In this document: piece after piece, positions 39,928 to 49,234 of the stretch
Layout: each line of letters starts with the position of its first letter
Numbering within the stretch: the stretch's first letter is position 1
NCBI GenBank assembly: GCA_963707215.1
Contig: CAVPPB010000003.1
Coordinates: 128,001-192,000 of the forward strand
Origin: an uncultured Chloroflexia bacterium
GTDB taxonomy: Bacteria; Chloroflexota; Limnocylindria; Limnocylindrales; CSP1-4
DNA length: 64,000 nt
Direction: 5' to 3'
Notes under the pieces: generated by a model
Database searches by the model: none
Told to the model about the DNA's origin: nothing
The model's input: only the letters and a program-made list of their open reading frames with translations
Program-made: the position numbers and the translations under genes

Positions 39928-40944
39928 TCAGGCCCGGGGGTGGGCTCGGGCGTACATGTCCCGGATCCGCTCCCCGGAAAGGTGAGTGTACAACTGGGTC
40001 GTGCTGATGCTGGCGTGTCCCAGCAGCTCCTGGACCACCCGCAGATCGGCCCCGCCCTCCAGGAGGTGGGTGGCGAACGAGTGGCGCAGGGTGTGCGGGC
40101 TCACCCGATCGCCGAGGCCGGCCCGGGCGGCCGCGTTCTTGACGGTCGCCCAGGCCTGCTGGCGCGCCAACCGGCGGCCCCTGGCCGTCAGGAACAGCGG
40201 TCCGCCGGCGATGGGATGGACGTGACCCATGGCCAGCCAGGCCGCGCGCGGTCCCTCGATCCACCGCCCCAGCCACTCGAGGGCGACGTCCCCGACCGGC
40301 ACCAGCCGCTCCTTGTCGCCCTTGCCGACCACCCGGACGAAGGCGCCTTCGCGTGACAGGTCGTCGAGATCCAACCCCAGCGCCTCGGAGACCCGGAGGC
40401 CCGCCGCGTAGAGGAGCTCGAGGAGCGCCCGATCCCGGGTCGCCATGGCCGCCCCCGATACGTCGCCCACGGCCTCGCCAGCCGCCTCCAGGAGAGCCTC
40501 GACCTCGTCGACGGTGAGCGTCTCCGGCAGGAGGCGGGACTGCCGGGGCAGCTCCAGACGAGCGGCCACATCCGTCGCGATGAGGGACTCTCCGAAGGCG
40601 AACCGGTAGAACCCCCTGATCGAGGCCGCCCGGCGGCGGAGGCTCGTCGGCGCGAGCCCGGAGCGGCCGTCGAGCCTCCCCGACCCAGGCCGACCACGTC
40701 CAGCGGCCCGCACCAGGTGCGCCTCGGCGGCCTCCGGCCCGACGGCCCAGTCGGGTCCGGCGTCGACCGCGAAGGCCCGCAGGTCGCCGGCATAGGCCCG
40801 CAGCGTCGCTTCCGACAGTCCTCGCTCGACGCGCAGATGGTCGAGGTATCCGGCGACCGCGCGCGAGAAACGCGGGTCGACTGCCGACGGGCCGCCCGAC
40901 GGATCGACGACGCTCGAGCGGCGCGCGCGCGCGACCGGGGTCAC
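39928..40944 (-). CDS. xerD: Tyrosine recombinase XerD
   Basis: ERGLSE.T..AY, LYAAGLRVSE, GKGDKER, SPHTLRHSFATHLL, LLGHASISTTQLY; housekeeping context. Confidence 0.93.
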   Translation of the reverse strand: MTPVARARRSSVVDPSGGPSAVDPRFSRAVAGYLDHLRVERGLSEATLRAYAGDLRAFAVDAGPDWAVGPEAAEAHLVRAAGRGRPGSGRLDGRSGLAPTSLRRRAASIRGFYRFAFGESLIATDVAARLELPRQSRLLPETLTVDEVEALLEAAGEAVGDVSGAAMATRDRALLELLYAAGLRVSEALGLDLDDLSREGAFVRVVGKGDKERLVPVGDVALEWLGRWIEGPRAAWLAMGHVHPIAGGPLFLTARGRRLARQQAWATVKNAAARAGLGDRVSPHTLRHSFATHLLEGGADLRVVQELLGHASISTTQLYTHLSGERIRDMYARAHPRA

Positions 40945-42689
40945 CCTGCCGCCACGAGCCGCTCGCCGCGCCACCCCTCGGCCCGGTCGAGCAGCTCCCG
41001 GGCGCTCGCCCGGGCGGCCTCGCCGCCCGTCGAGCCGGCGAGCATGTGGGCGAGTTCCTCCGTCCGGGCATCGCCGACCAGCGTCCGGACCGTCGTCGAG
41101 GTGCGGCCGCCACGCTCGATCTTCTCGATCCGCAGGTGCGTGTCGGCATACGCCGCGATCTGCGCCAGGTGGGTCACGCAGAGGACCTGGTGGCGCCGGC
41201 CGAGGGCCCACAGGGCGCGTCCGACGGGCTCGGCGCTGCGCCCGCCGATGCCGCTGTCGATCTCGTCGAACACCAGGGTCGGCGTGTCGTCCAGTCCGGC
41301 GAGGACCTCGCGGATCGCCAGAGCCACGCGCGAGAGCTCGCCGCCGGACGCGATCCGGGCCAGCGGCCGGGCCGGCTCACCCGGGTTGGGGGCGAAGCGG
41401 AAGACGACTTCGTCCACGCCGGTCTCGTCGAAGGCCACCGCGTCGCCGCCGAGCTCCACGGCCGGTTCGTTCGGCCCGGCGATCCGACGGCCCAGGCCGA
41501 CCGAGAAGGCGTCGCTGGGGAAGTCGAGGGGCTGGAGGGTCCGACCGACCGCCTCCGCCAGACCCTCGGCCGCCCGGGCCCGCCGTGCGGAGAGCTCGGC
41601 CGCGGCCGTCGCCACGTCCTTCAGCAGGGTCGCCTCGAGCTCGCTGCGACGGGCCCGCTCGGCATCCAGCCCCTTCAGGCGCTCGACCTCGGATCGGCAC
41701 TGCTCGCCATGGGCGATCACGGTCGCCTCGTCGTCGCCATAGCGGCGCTCCAGGGCGTAGATGAGCGACAGGCGCTCCTCCAGTCGAGCCAGCTCGGCTG
41801 GATCGTGGTCGACGACCTCGGCCAGCGCGCGCGCCTCCTCGGCAGCGTCCTCGAGCTCGGCGGCGAGCCCACCCAGGCGCTCGGCGAGCGGAGCGAACCG
41901 CGGATCGAGACGGGCGACCCGCTCGGCCGTCGTCGCTGCCGTGGCCGTCCCATCGCGGGCGCCGCCAGGATCCCCGAGCAAGGTCTCCCGGATCTCCCCC
42001 ACAGCGCGGATCGTGGTCTCGGCGTGTCGGACCGCTGCCAGGCGTCCCTCGATCTCGGTCGCCTCCCCGGGGCGCAGCCGGGCCGCCTCGATCTCCCGAG
42101 CCTCGTGGTCGAGGACCTCCAGCCGTCGGGCGAATTCGCGGGCGTCGGCGGGGAGTCCGGCCAGGACCTCGCGGTTCTGACGCCAGGCCTCGACGGCCAC
42201 GGCCACGGCGGCCCGGTCCCCCTGGTGCTCCCCGAACGCATCGAGGAGGTCGCGCTGGTGGCGATCGTCGAGGAGTCGCTGCTGATCGTGCTGACCGTGG
42301 ATGTCCACGAATTGGCCGACCGTGTCGGCCAGGCGGCCGGCCGTCACGGCCTCGTCGCCGAGCCGAGCCGACGATCGGCCCGCGGCGCTGACTTCGCGGA
42401 CCACGGTCAGATGACCATCGGGTCGCTCGAAGCGGGCCTCGACCCGGGCACCGGGTGCCCCGTGGCGCACGAGGCCCGTGTCCGCCCGGGCACCGAGGAC
42501 CAGGCCCAAGGCATCGATGAGCAGGCTCTTGCCGGCACCGGTCTCGCCGCTCAGGACGATCAGGCCCGCCGAGAGGTCGACGCGGACCCGCTCGAGGAGA
42601 GCGAGACCTTCGACGGCGAGCGAAGCCAGGCTGCCGGAGCCGACCGCGTCCCGGCCTGCCGGATCCTGCCGCTCGGCACCGGCGGTCAC
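40941..42689 (-). CDS. recN: DNA repair protein RecN
   Basis: GETGAGKS, HGQHDQ, ASGGELSR, FDEIDSGIGG, VTHLAQIA. Confidence 0.96.
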   Translation of the reverse strand: MTAGAERQDPAGRDAVGSGSLASLAVEGLALLERVRVDLSAGLIVLSGETGAGKSLLIDALGLVLGARADTGLVRHGAPGARVEARFERPDGHLTVVREVSAAGRSSARLGDEAVTAGRLADTVGQFVDIHGQHDQQRLLDDRHQRDLLDAFGEHQGDRAAVAVAVEAWRQNREVLAGLPADAREFARRLEVLDHEAREIEAARLRPGEATEIEGRLAAVRHAETTIRAVGEIRETLLGDPGGARDGTATAATTAERVARLDPRFAPLAERLGGLAAELEDAAEEARALAEVVDHDPAELARLEERLSLIYALERRYGDDEATVIAHGEQCRSEVERLKGLDAERARRSELEATLLKDVATAAAELSARRARAAEGLAEAVGRTLQPLDFPSDAFSVGLGRRIAGPNEPAVELGGDAVAFDETGVDEVVFRFAPNPGEPARPLARIASGGELSRVALAIREVLAGLDDTPTLVFDEIDSGIGGRSAEPVGRALWALGRRHQVLCVTHLAQIAAYADTHLRIEKIERGGRTSTTVRTLVGDARTEELAHMLAGSTGGEAARASARELLDRAEGWRGERLVAAG

Positions 42690-43531
42690 CGGGGCAGCAG
42701 CTCGACCTTCTCGCGGAGCAGGTCCCAGAAGGGCAGGGCCCCTTCCGGCTCGAGCAGCCGGATGGGCCGCTCGAGCGCCCGGACCTCGACCACGTCGCCG
42801 ACCTCCAGGCTCCGGTCCTGCCAGCCATCGACCGACACGAGGGCCTCATGGGCAGCGACGACGAGGCAGCGGACGACCTGGTCGGGGCTCACGACCACCG
42901 CCCGCAGCGTCGAGAGGTAGGCCGCGATCGGGGTCACGATCAGATTCCGGCTCAGCGGGTCGAGGATCGGGCCGCCGGCCGAGAACGAGTAGCCGGTCGA
43001 TCCCGTCGGCGAGGAGACGACCAGGCCGTCGGCGATGAAGGCGGCCAGGTGGCTCTGGTCGATGGCGACCTCCAGATGGCAGACACGGGCCAGCGAGCCC
43101 CGGGCCACCACGACGTCGTTGAGGGCGACCGTCGGCGGCGTTCCGTCGGGTCGGCCTCCGGGCAGGACGGACGCCTGGAGGAGCATCCGCTCCTCGACCC
43201 GATAGCGACCCTCGTGGAGATGCTCGAAGATCGGCTCCAGGCGATGCCCCTCGGCCTTGGACAGGAAGCCGACCTTGCCGAGGTTGACGCCCAGGATCGG
43301 GACGTCCACGGCCGCGACCGAGGTGGCCGCCCGCAGGAACGTCCCGTCGCCGCCGAGGACCACGAGGACGTCGGAGCCGGGCAGCGCCTCGACGAGGGCC
43401 GGCGTCTCGACCGCCGGCGCCCACCACGTTTCGATCGCGTGCGCCTCGCACCAGGCGGTCGCCCTGCCGAGGAGCTCCAGAGCCGCTGGCTTCGTGGGAT
43501 TGACGGCGAACCCGATCCGACTGAGGGTCAT
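42686..43531 (-). CDS. nadK: NAD kinase
   Basis: LGGDGTFL, NLGKVGFL, ALND, DGLVVSSPTGSTGYSFSAGGP. Confidence 0.96.
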   Translation of the reverse strand: MTLSRIGFAVNPTKPAALELLGRATAWCEAHAIETWWAPAVETPALVEALPGSDVLVVLGGDGTFLRAATSVAAVDVPILGVNLGKVGFLSKAEGHRLEPIFEHLHEGRYRVEERMLLQASVLPGGRPDGTPPTVALNDVVVARGSLARVCHLEVAIDQSHLAAFIADGLVVSSPTGSTGYSFSAGGPILDPLSRNLIVTPIAAYLSTLRAVVVSPDQVVRCLVVAAHEALVSVDGWQDRSLEVGDVVEVRALERPIRLLEPEGALPFWDLLREKVELLPR

Positions 43532-44331
43532 CCGGCCGTGGCCTCCATGATCCGCGCTCCGATCATGTCGTCCGATGGGCCCGGCAGGAAGTGCACCAGG
43601 AACTCGCGGTTCCCCTCGGGGCCCCGGATGGGAGAGGCGATGACACCCCTCGCGCCGAGACCTTGATCGGCGGCCCGTTCGATGACCCGTTCGACCACGG
43701 CCCGATGGACCGCCGGGTCGCGGACCACGCCCTTGCGGACGAGCTCCCGGCCGGCCTCGAACTGGGGCTTCACGAGAGCCACGATCGAGCCATCCCCGGC
43801 CAGGCACGAGGCCACCGGACCGAGCACCAGGTCGAGCGAGATGAAGGCGACGTCGATCACGGCCAGCCCGATCTGCTCGGGGAGCCGCCCGGGCGACAGG
43901 CCCCGGGCATTCGTCCGATCCATCACCACGACCCTGGGGTCGTGGGCGAGTCGCTCGGCCATCTGTCCCCTGCCCACGTCGACAGCGTAGACACGGGATG
44001 CCCCCCGCTGCAACAGGACGTCGGTGAAGCCACCGGTCGAGGCCCCGACGTCCAGGCAGACCAGGCCGCGAGGATCGACCGCGAACGCGTCGAGGGCAGC
44101 GGCCAGCTTGTAGCCCCCACGACTGACGTACGGCTCCGGCTGGACCACCTCGAGCTGGACCGCCGGATCCACAAGGTCGCCGGGCTTGCGATCGATCCGG
44201 CCGGCGTCGCCCATGCCGACTCGCACCTTGCCGGCAAGCAGCAGCGCCTGGGCTCGGGCCCGCGTATCGACGAGGCCGCGCTCAACGAGGAGCTGGTCGA
44301 GGCGAATCCGGCGGGCCGAACCGGCCGCCAC
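43528..44331 (-). CDS. tlyA: TlyA rRNA 2'-O-methyltransferase
   Basis: RLDQLLV, YVSRGG.KL, DVGASTGGFTD, LVKPQFE, GNREF. Confidence 0.96.
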   Translation of the reverse strand: MAAGSARRIRLDQLLVERGLVDTRARAQALLLAGKVRVGMGDAGRIDRKPGDLVDPAVQLEVVQPEPYVSRGGYKLAAALDAFAVDPRGLVCLDVGASTGGFTDVLLQRGASRVYAVDVGRGQMAERLAHDPRVVVMDRTNARGLSPGRLPEQIGLAVIDVAFISLDLVLGPVASCLAGDGSIVALVKPQFEAGRELVRKGVVRDPAVHRAVVERVIERAADQGLGARGVIASPIRGPEGNREFLVHFLPGPSDDMIGARIMEATAG

Positions 44332-44357
44332 GGGGGTCGGGGCGCCGCGCGACCGGC

Positions 44358-46442
44358 TCAGGCCGTCACGCGCTCGGGCCGCCCCGGCGAGGCCTCGAGC
44401 GTCCGCAGTGCCTCGCGGACCTGGGCCTCGATGCCGTCCTCGTCGAGGCGGATGAGACGACGCAGGTCCCCGACGGATCCGTGATCCACGAAGCGGTCGG
44501 CCGGGATCCCGATGGGAATGACCCGGATCTCCCGGTAGGCCGCATCGGCCAGCCGTGCCTCTTCGAGGATCTCGAGGACGGCGCCGCCGAACCCGCCGGT
44601 CACCACGCTCTCCTCGAGCGTCACCACGAGGCGCTTTCCCCGCGCCTCGTCGAGGACGAGCTGACGGTCGACGGGCTTGGCGAACCGGGCGTTGATCACG
44701 CCGACCGACCAGCCATCGGCCTCGAGTCGGCCGGCGACCGCCATTCCGCGAGCGACGATCGGGCCGAAGCCCACGAGCAGGACGTCGTCGCCCTGGCGGA
44801 GGACCTCACCGCGGCCCACGGGCAGCACCTCGGGCTCCCGCTCGGGGACCCCGAACCCCGCATCGCGGGGGTAGTGCAGGGCGAAGGGATGATCCTGCGC
44901 GAGGGCCGTCCGGACCAGTGAGCGGAGCTCCTGCTCGTCCTTCGGGCTGGCGATGACCAGGTACGGCAGCTGGCGCTGGGCCGGCAGCATGAACATGCCC
45001 TGGTGGCTGGTACCGTCCTCTCCCACCAGGCCGGCCCGATCGACGCCGAAGAGGACCGGCATGTCGTTCTGGCAGGCGTCGTGGACGATCTGGTCGAAGG
45101 CTCGCTGAAGGAACGTGGAGTAGATCGCGACGGCCGGCCGGAGCCCGCCCATCGCGATGCCGGTCGCGAGGGCGACGGCATGCTGCTCGGCGATGCCGAC
45201 GTCGATGAAGCGATCCGGGAACTCGGCCCCGAACCTGGCCAGCCCGGTGCCCGTCGGCATCCCCGCGGTGATCGCCACGATCCGTCGGTCGTCGCGAGCG
45301 AGGTCCACGAGCTCGTTGGCGAAGAACTGGGTGTAGTTCGGGGCCTTTGCCGGCTGCTCGGCGGCAGCCTCCGGCGCGACCGCGTCGTCGCCGACGGCCT
45401 CGACCGGCATCGCGGCAAGGTGGTCGTCCTCGGTGGGGCCTTCAGGGCCCTTGCCGTCGGACCTGCCCGACTCCGTGGGGTCGGCCCGATGCCCATCGTC
45501 GGCGTCGGCCACGGGACCCAGCGAGATCGGCGGGAGGGCCGCACCGTGGAAGCTCACCTGGTCGAGCTCGGCCGGATGGTAGCCCTTGCCCTTCTGGGTG
45601 CGGACGTGGACGATCGCCGGTCCCTTGAGGTCGAGGGCCGACCGGAAGTTGTGGACGAGCGCCCGGAGATCGTGGCCGTCGACCACGCCGATGTAGGTGA
45701 TCCCGAGGTCCTCGAAGAGGGTCCCCGGCTGGGCGAAGCTGACGACCGACTTGCGGAACAGGCGCGACAGCTCGACCGCTGTACCTCCGACGAGAGGGAC
45801 CTTCCCGAGCCCGCGGTCGTACGCCGACTTGGTCTGCTGCCAGGCCGGCGACAGCTTGATCTCGGAGAGGTAGTGGCTGAGGGCTCCGACGGTGGGGCTG
45901 ATCGACATCTCGTTGTCGTTCAGGACGATCAGGAGCTGGGTCCGCCGCTGGCCGATGTCGTTGAGCGCCTCCAGCGACAGGCCGCTCATCAGGGCCGCGT
46001 CGCCGACGACGACCGCGATCCGCTCCAGGCCATGCCGGACGTCGCGAGCCGTCGCCAGGCCCTGGGCGATCGACAGGCCCGTGCCGGCGTGCCCGCCATC
46101 GAAGACGTCATGCTCGGACTCGGACCGACGGGGGAACCCACCCATGCCCCCGATCTGGCGCAGGGTCCCGAACCGATCCAGGCGACCCGTGAGGAGCTTG
46201 TGGGCGTAGGCCTGGTGGCCCGTGTCCCAGACGATCCGGTCGTAGGGTGACTCGAGCAGTCGGTGGAGGGCCAGGGTGACCTCGACGACGCCGAGGGACG
46301 ACCCGAGATGGCCGCCGGTCTTGGCGACGGTCCCGACGATCGTCTCGCGGATCTCCTCGGCGAGCTCGGCCAGCTGCTCCTCGGTCAGCCCCCGCAGGTC
46401 GTTCGGGCCCTGGAGGGTCGGCAGGATCGGCACTCGGGACAC
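44358..46442 (-). CDS. dxs: 1-deoxy-D-xylulose-5-phosphate synthase
   Basis: GGHLGSSLG, WDTGHQAY, GDAA...LNDN, DVGIAEQH, DRAGLVGEDG. Confidence 0.97.
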   Translation of the reverse strand: MSRVPILPTLQGPNDLRGLTEEQLAELAEEIRETIVGTVAKTGGHLGSSLGVVEVTLALHRLLESPYDRIVWDTGHQAYAHKLLTGRLDRFGTLRQIGGMGGFPRRSESEHDVFDGGHAGTGLSIAQGLATARDVRHGLERIAVVVGDAALMSGLSLEALNDIGQRRTQLLIVLNDNEMSISPTVGALSHYLSEIKLSPAWQQTKSAYDRGLGKVPLVGGTAVELSRLFRKSVVSFAQPGTLFEDLGITYIGVVDGHDLRALVHNFRSALDLKGPAIVHVRTQKGKGYHPAELDQVSFHGAALPPISLGPVADADDGHRADPTESGRSDGKGPEGPTEDDHLAAMPVEAVGDDAVAPEAAAEQPAKAPNYTQFFANELVDLARDDRRIVAITAGMPTGTGLARFGAEFPDRFIDVGIAEQHAVALATGIAMGGLRPAVAIYSTFLQRAFDQIVHDACQNDMPVLFGVDRAGLVGEDGTSHQGMFMLPAQRQLPYLVIASPKDEQELRSLVRTALAQDHPFALHYPRDAGFGVPEREPEVLPVGRGEVLRQGDDVLLVGFGPIVARGMAVAGRLEADGWSVGVINARFAKPVDRQLVLDEARGKRLVVTLEESVVTGGFGGAVLEILEEARLADAAYREIRVIPIGIPADRFVDHGSVGDLRRLIRLDEDGIEAQVREALRTLEASPGRPERVTA

Positions 46443-46625
46443 CCTCCTGTTCGACGTTGCGACGGGATCAGGCCCGCCCCCGCGGCGCGGGGCACGACCA
46501 TCATGGTTCCGTTCGGGCGACGCGGTCCGGCGGATCGTTCGTCCGGCGAGTCTACTCGCCGGACCAGTGCATGTCAGGCGACACTGCGGATCCGCCGAGG
46601 TCCTCGCGATCCCGACGCGAGGCGC

Positions 46626-46910
46626 TCAGCGGCCTGGCGTCGGGTCGTCGGTGGAGTCCTGGTGGGTGACCGCTTCCAGCTGGCCTCCGCTCCGTTCCAC
46701 GAGCCGCCGGATCCGTGCGTCGGCATCGTCGAGGAGCCGCTCGAGCCGGCCCTGGAGGGCGACGCCACGCTCGTAGGCCGCCAGGGCCTCTTCCAGCGTC
46801 TGGCCTCCCGCCTCCAGCTCGACGACGACCCGCTGCAGCTCGTCCAGGGCCGCGTCGAACCCCAAGGTGTCGATCGGCGGCCCATCCTCGGTCCGGCGCT
46901 CGCTGGTCAC
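46626..46910 (-). CDS. xseB: Exodeoxyribonuclease VII small subunit
   Basis: FDAALDEL..VV.ELE.G..TLEEAL..YERG. Confidence 0.92.
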   Translation of the reverse strand: MTSERRTEDGPPIDTLGFDAALDELQRVVVELEAGGQTLEEALAAYERGVALQGRLERLLDDADARIRRLVERSGGQLEAVTHQDSTDDPTPGR

Positions 46911-47110
46911 TCGCTCCTCTCCCGCGGCATCGGCCGCGCTCCGCTGCCCGCGTCCGCGCCCGTTCGCTCGGGACCGTCCGGCCTGTCGGGGTCATCCTCG
47001 TCCTCCCGGACCATCGCCCGGTCCAGCGGTCGTGCGATGAGGATACCGGCCCCGATCCCGGCCACGCCCACCACGGCGGCGATCGCCACCAGGACGAGCA
47101 CGTCGGTCAT
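46907..47110 (-). CDS. Small single-TM hypothetical protein
   Basis: Overlaps both xseA and xseB by 4 nt (translational coupling); hydrophobic N-terminus. Confidence 0.7.
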   Translation of the reverse strand: MTDVLVLVAIAAVVGVAGIGAGILIARPLDRAMVREDEDDPDRPDGPERTGADAGSGARPMPRERSE

Positions 47111-48609
47111 GGCGCGCCGCCCTCCCGGTGGGCCTCTCGTCGGGCCGGGAACGAGCCTCCGGCCACCCTGACGTCCAGGGCCCCTCCCGGTGGCACGTCG
47201 TTCGGATGGCGGACGACCAGCCCATCGTCCGCGCGTCGGACCACGGCGTAACCGCGCGCGAGGGTCGCCTGCGGTCCGAGGGCGGCCAGGCCGGCCGCTG
47301 CGGCGGCGACCGCCGATCTCCTGGCGGCCAGTCGAGCTGGCAGGAGTGGTGCCAGCCGAAGCGCTGAACGGTCCAGCGTCGACCGATCACGGGCGACCCG
47401 TCCCAGGAGGGCGCGCGAGGCCCGATCGAGGAGATGGCCCACACGCTCGCGATCGGCAGTGAGTGCGGCGCGTGGATCGAGACGCTCGAGGGCCCGCTGC
47501 TCGGCGACCAGTGCGGCGCTCGCCGCCGTCATCCGCCTGGCCACCGCGCTGTCGAGCCGTCGACCCGTCGTCCGGATGCCTCCCAGGACCTCGAGTCGGT
47601 CCGGAACGACGAGCTCGGCAGCGGCCGAAGGCGTTGGGGCCCGGACATCGGCTGCCAGGTCGGCGAGCGTCACGTCGACCTCGTGGCCGACGCCGGTCAC
47701 GACCGGGATCGGGCTACGGACGATCGCCCGGACGACCGCTTCGTCGTTGAACGACCAGAGATCCTCCAGCGAGCCGCCTCCTCGGGCCAGGATGGCCACC
47801 TCGGGGGCGCTCTCCCCCGTCGCCCGTGCCTGGTCGACGAATCGCGCCAGCCGGTCGAGGGCCCCGGCCACGCTGGCGGCCGACCCGTCCCCCTGGACCT
47901 GGCACGGGAGAAGGAGCAGCTGGGCGACTGGCCAACGCCGACGGAGGACCGTCCGGATGTCGTGCCAGACCGCGCCGCTCGGGCTGGTCACGACCGCGAT
48001 GATCGTCGGGCGCCGCGGCACGGCCCGCTTGCGCTCGGTGGCGAAGAGCCCCTCCGCCGCCAGGCGAGCCTTGACCTCTTCGAGGCGGATAGCCAGGTCG
48101 CCGACGCCGGCGGGCTGGAGGGCCTCGACGTAGAGCTGGAGCGCACCCGTCGCCTCGTAGAGGTCGATCCGGCCGTTGGCCACGACGTGCACGCCGGTCC
48201 TGGCCTCGAACGGCGAGGCCAGGCGAGCGTCGCGGAACCAGACGCACTGGAGCTGGTTGCGCTCGTCCTTGAGCGAGAAGTAGGCGTGTCCGGCCGACGA
48301 GATCGTGACGCGGCCCACCTCGCCCTCGACCCAGACGTCACGCAGGCGCTCGTCGGCCGCGACGACCCCACGGATCGTCCGGGTCGCCTCGCTGACGCTC
48401 ATGATCCGCAGCCCGACGATCCCTCGCGGCGCCGTGGCCCGTCGGGCCGCGGGCCCGAGCCCGCTCGACCCGACATCGGGAAGGCGCGGCGCCGGGACAG
48501 CCGGGTCGACGGCGCTTCTGCGGACCTCGTCCGCCTCGTCGTGGCGGACGTCGTCTGCCACATCGTCCCAGGCCGGCAGGGCCCAGTCCGGCGGGTCTCG
48601 GCGGTCCAT
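47107..48609 (-). CDS. xseA: Exodeoxyribonuclease VII large subunit
   Basis: VWVEGEV, GHAYFSLKD, ARGGGSLEDLWSFN, GVGHEVD, RAPTPSAAA; start may lie further downstream. Confidence 0.95.
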   Translation of the reverse strand: MDRRDPPDWALPAWDDVADDVRHDEADEVRRSAVDPAVPAPRLPDVGSSGLGPAARRATAPRGIVGLRIMSVSEATRTIRGVVAADERLRDVWVEGEVGRVTISSAGHAYFSLKDERNQLQCVWFRDARLASPFEARTGVHVVANGRIDLYEATGALQLYVEALQPAGVGDLAIRLEEVKARLAAEGLFATERKRAVPRRPTIIAVVTSPSGAVWHDIRTVLRRRWPVAQLLLLPCQVQGDGSAASVAGALDRLARFVDQARATGESAPEVAILARGGGSLEDLWSFNDEAVVRAIVRSPIPVVTGVGHEVDVTLADLAADVRAPTPSAAAELVVPDRLEVLGGIRTTGRRLDSAVARRMTAASAALVAEQRALERLDPRAALTADRERVGHLLDRASRALLGRVARDRSTLDRSALRLAPLLPARLAARRSAVAAAAAGLAALGPQATLARGYAVVRRADDGLVVRHPNDVPPGGALDVRVAGGSFPARREAHREGGAP

Positions 48610-48623
48610 GGGAACGACCGGGA

Positions 48624-49181
48624 TCAGACCCGGGTCAGGTACTCGCCGGTGCGGGTGTCGACGCGGATCGTGTCGCCCTCGGTCACGAAGAGCGGGACCG
48701 AGACCACCAGGCCTGTCTCGGTCGCGGCCGGCTTCCGGGCGCCCTGGGCCGTGTCGCCGGCGAATCCGGGCTCGGTCTCGACGACCGTGAGGTCGACGGT
48801 GATCGGAAGCTCGACGCCGAGCGTTTCGCCCTGGTACTGGGTCCGGTCGAGGGTCATGCCGTCCTTGAGGTATCGGACGGCCTCGTCGAGCTGGTCGGCC
48901 CGCAGGATGAACTGGTCGTAGGTATCCGTGTCCATGAAGTGGAAGTCGTCGCCGTCGCGGTACAGGAACTGGATCGGGCGGGTCTCCAGCTGGGCGCGCG
49001 GCCAGCGGTCGCCGGCCTGGAACGATCGCTCGACGGTCGAGCCCTTCTTGACGTTCCGGAGCTTGATCCGGACCTGGGCCGAGCCGCGACCCATCTTGAT
49101 GTGGTGGTAGTCGAGGATCTGCCAGAGGTCGCCATCCAGTTCGATGACGACGCCCTTGCGCAGCTCGCCGGTGGAGATCAT
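48624..49181 (-). CDS. efp: Elongation factor P
   Basis: KMGRGSA loop, GDTAQG, VP.F...GD.I.VDTRTGEY. Confidence 0.96.
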   Translation of the reverse strand: MISTGELRKGVVIELDGDLWQILDYHHIKMGRGSAQVRIKLRNVKKGSTVERSFQAGDRWPRAQLETRPIQFLYRDGDDFHFMDTDTYDQFILRADQLDEAVRYLKDGMTLDRTQYQGETLGVELPITVDLTVVETEPGFAGDTAQGARKPAATETGLVVSVPLFVTEGDTIRVDTRTGEYLTRV

Positions 49182-49234
49182 CGGTCGGTCAGCTCCTGGG
49201 GATGGGGTTCGAAGCGGGCCCGGCGGGCCGGCGC

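Noticed and set aside
39928-40944. Tyrosine recombinase as the integron integrase for the array
   Set aside because: It has typical XerD motifs without the IntI-specific insertion, sits in the housekeeping recN-xerD-scpAB context, and is more than 11 kb from the array.
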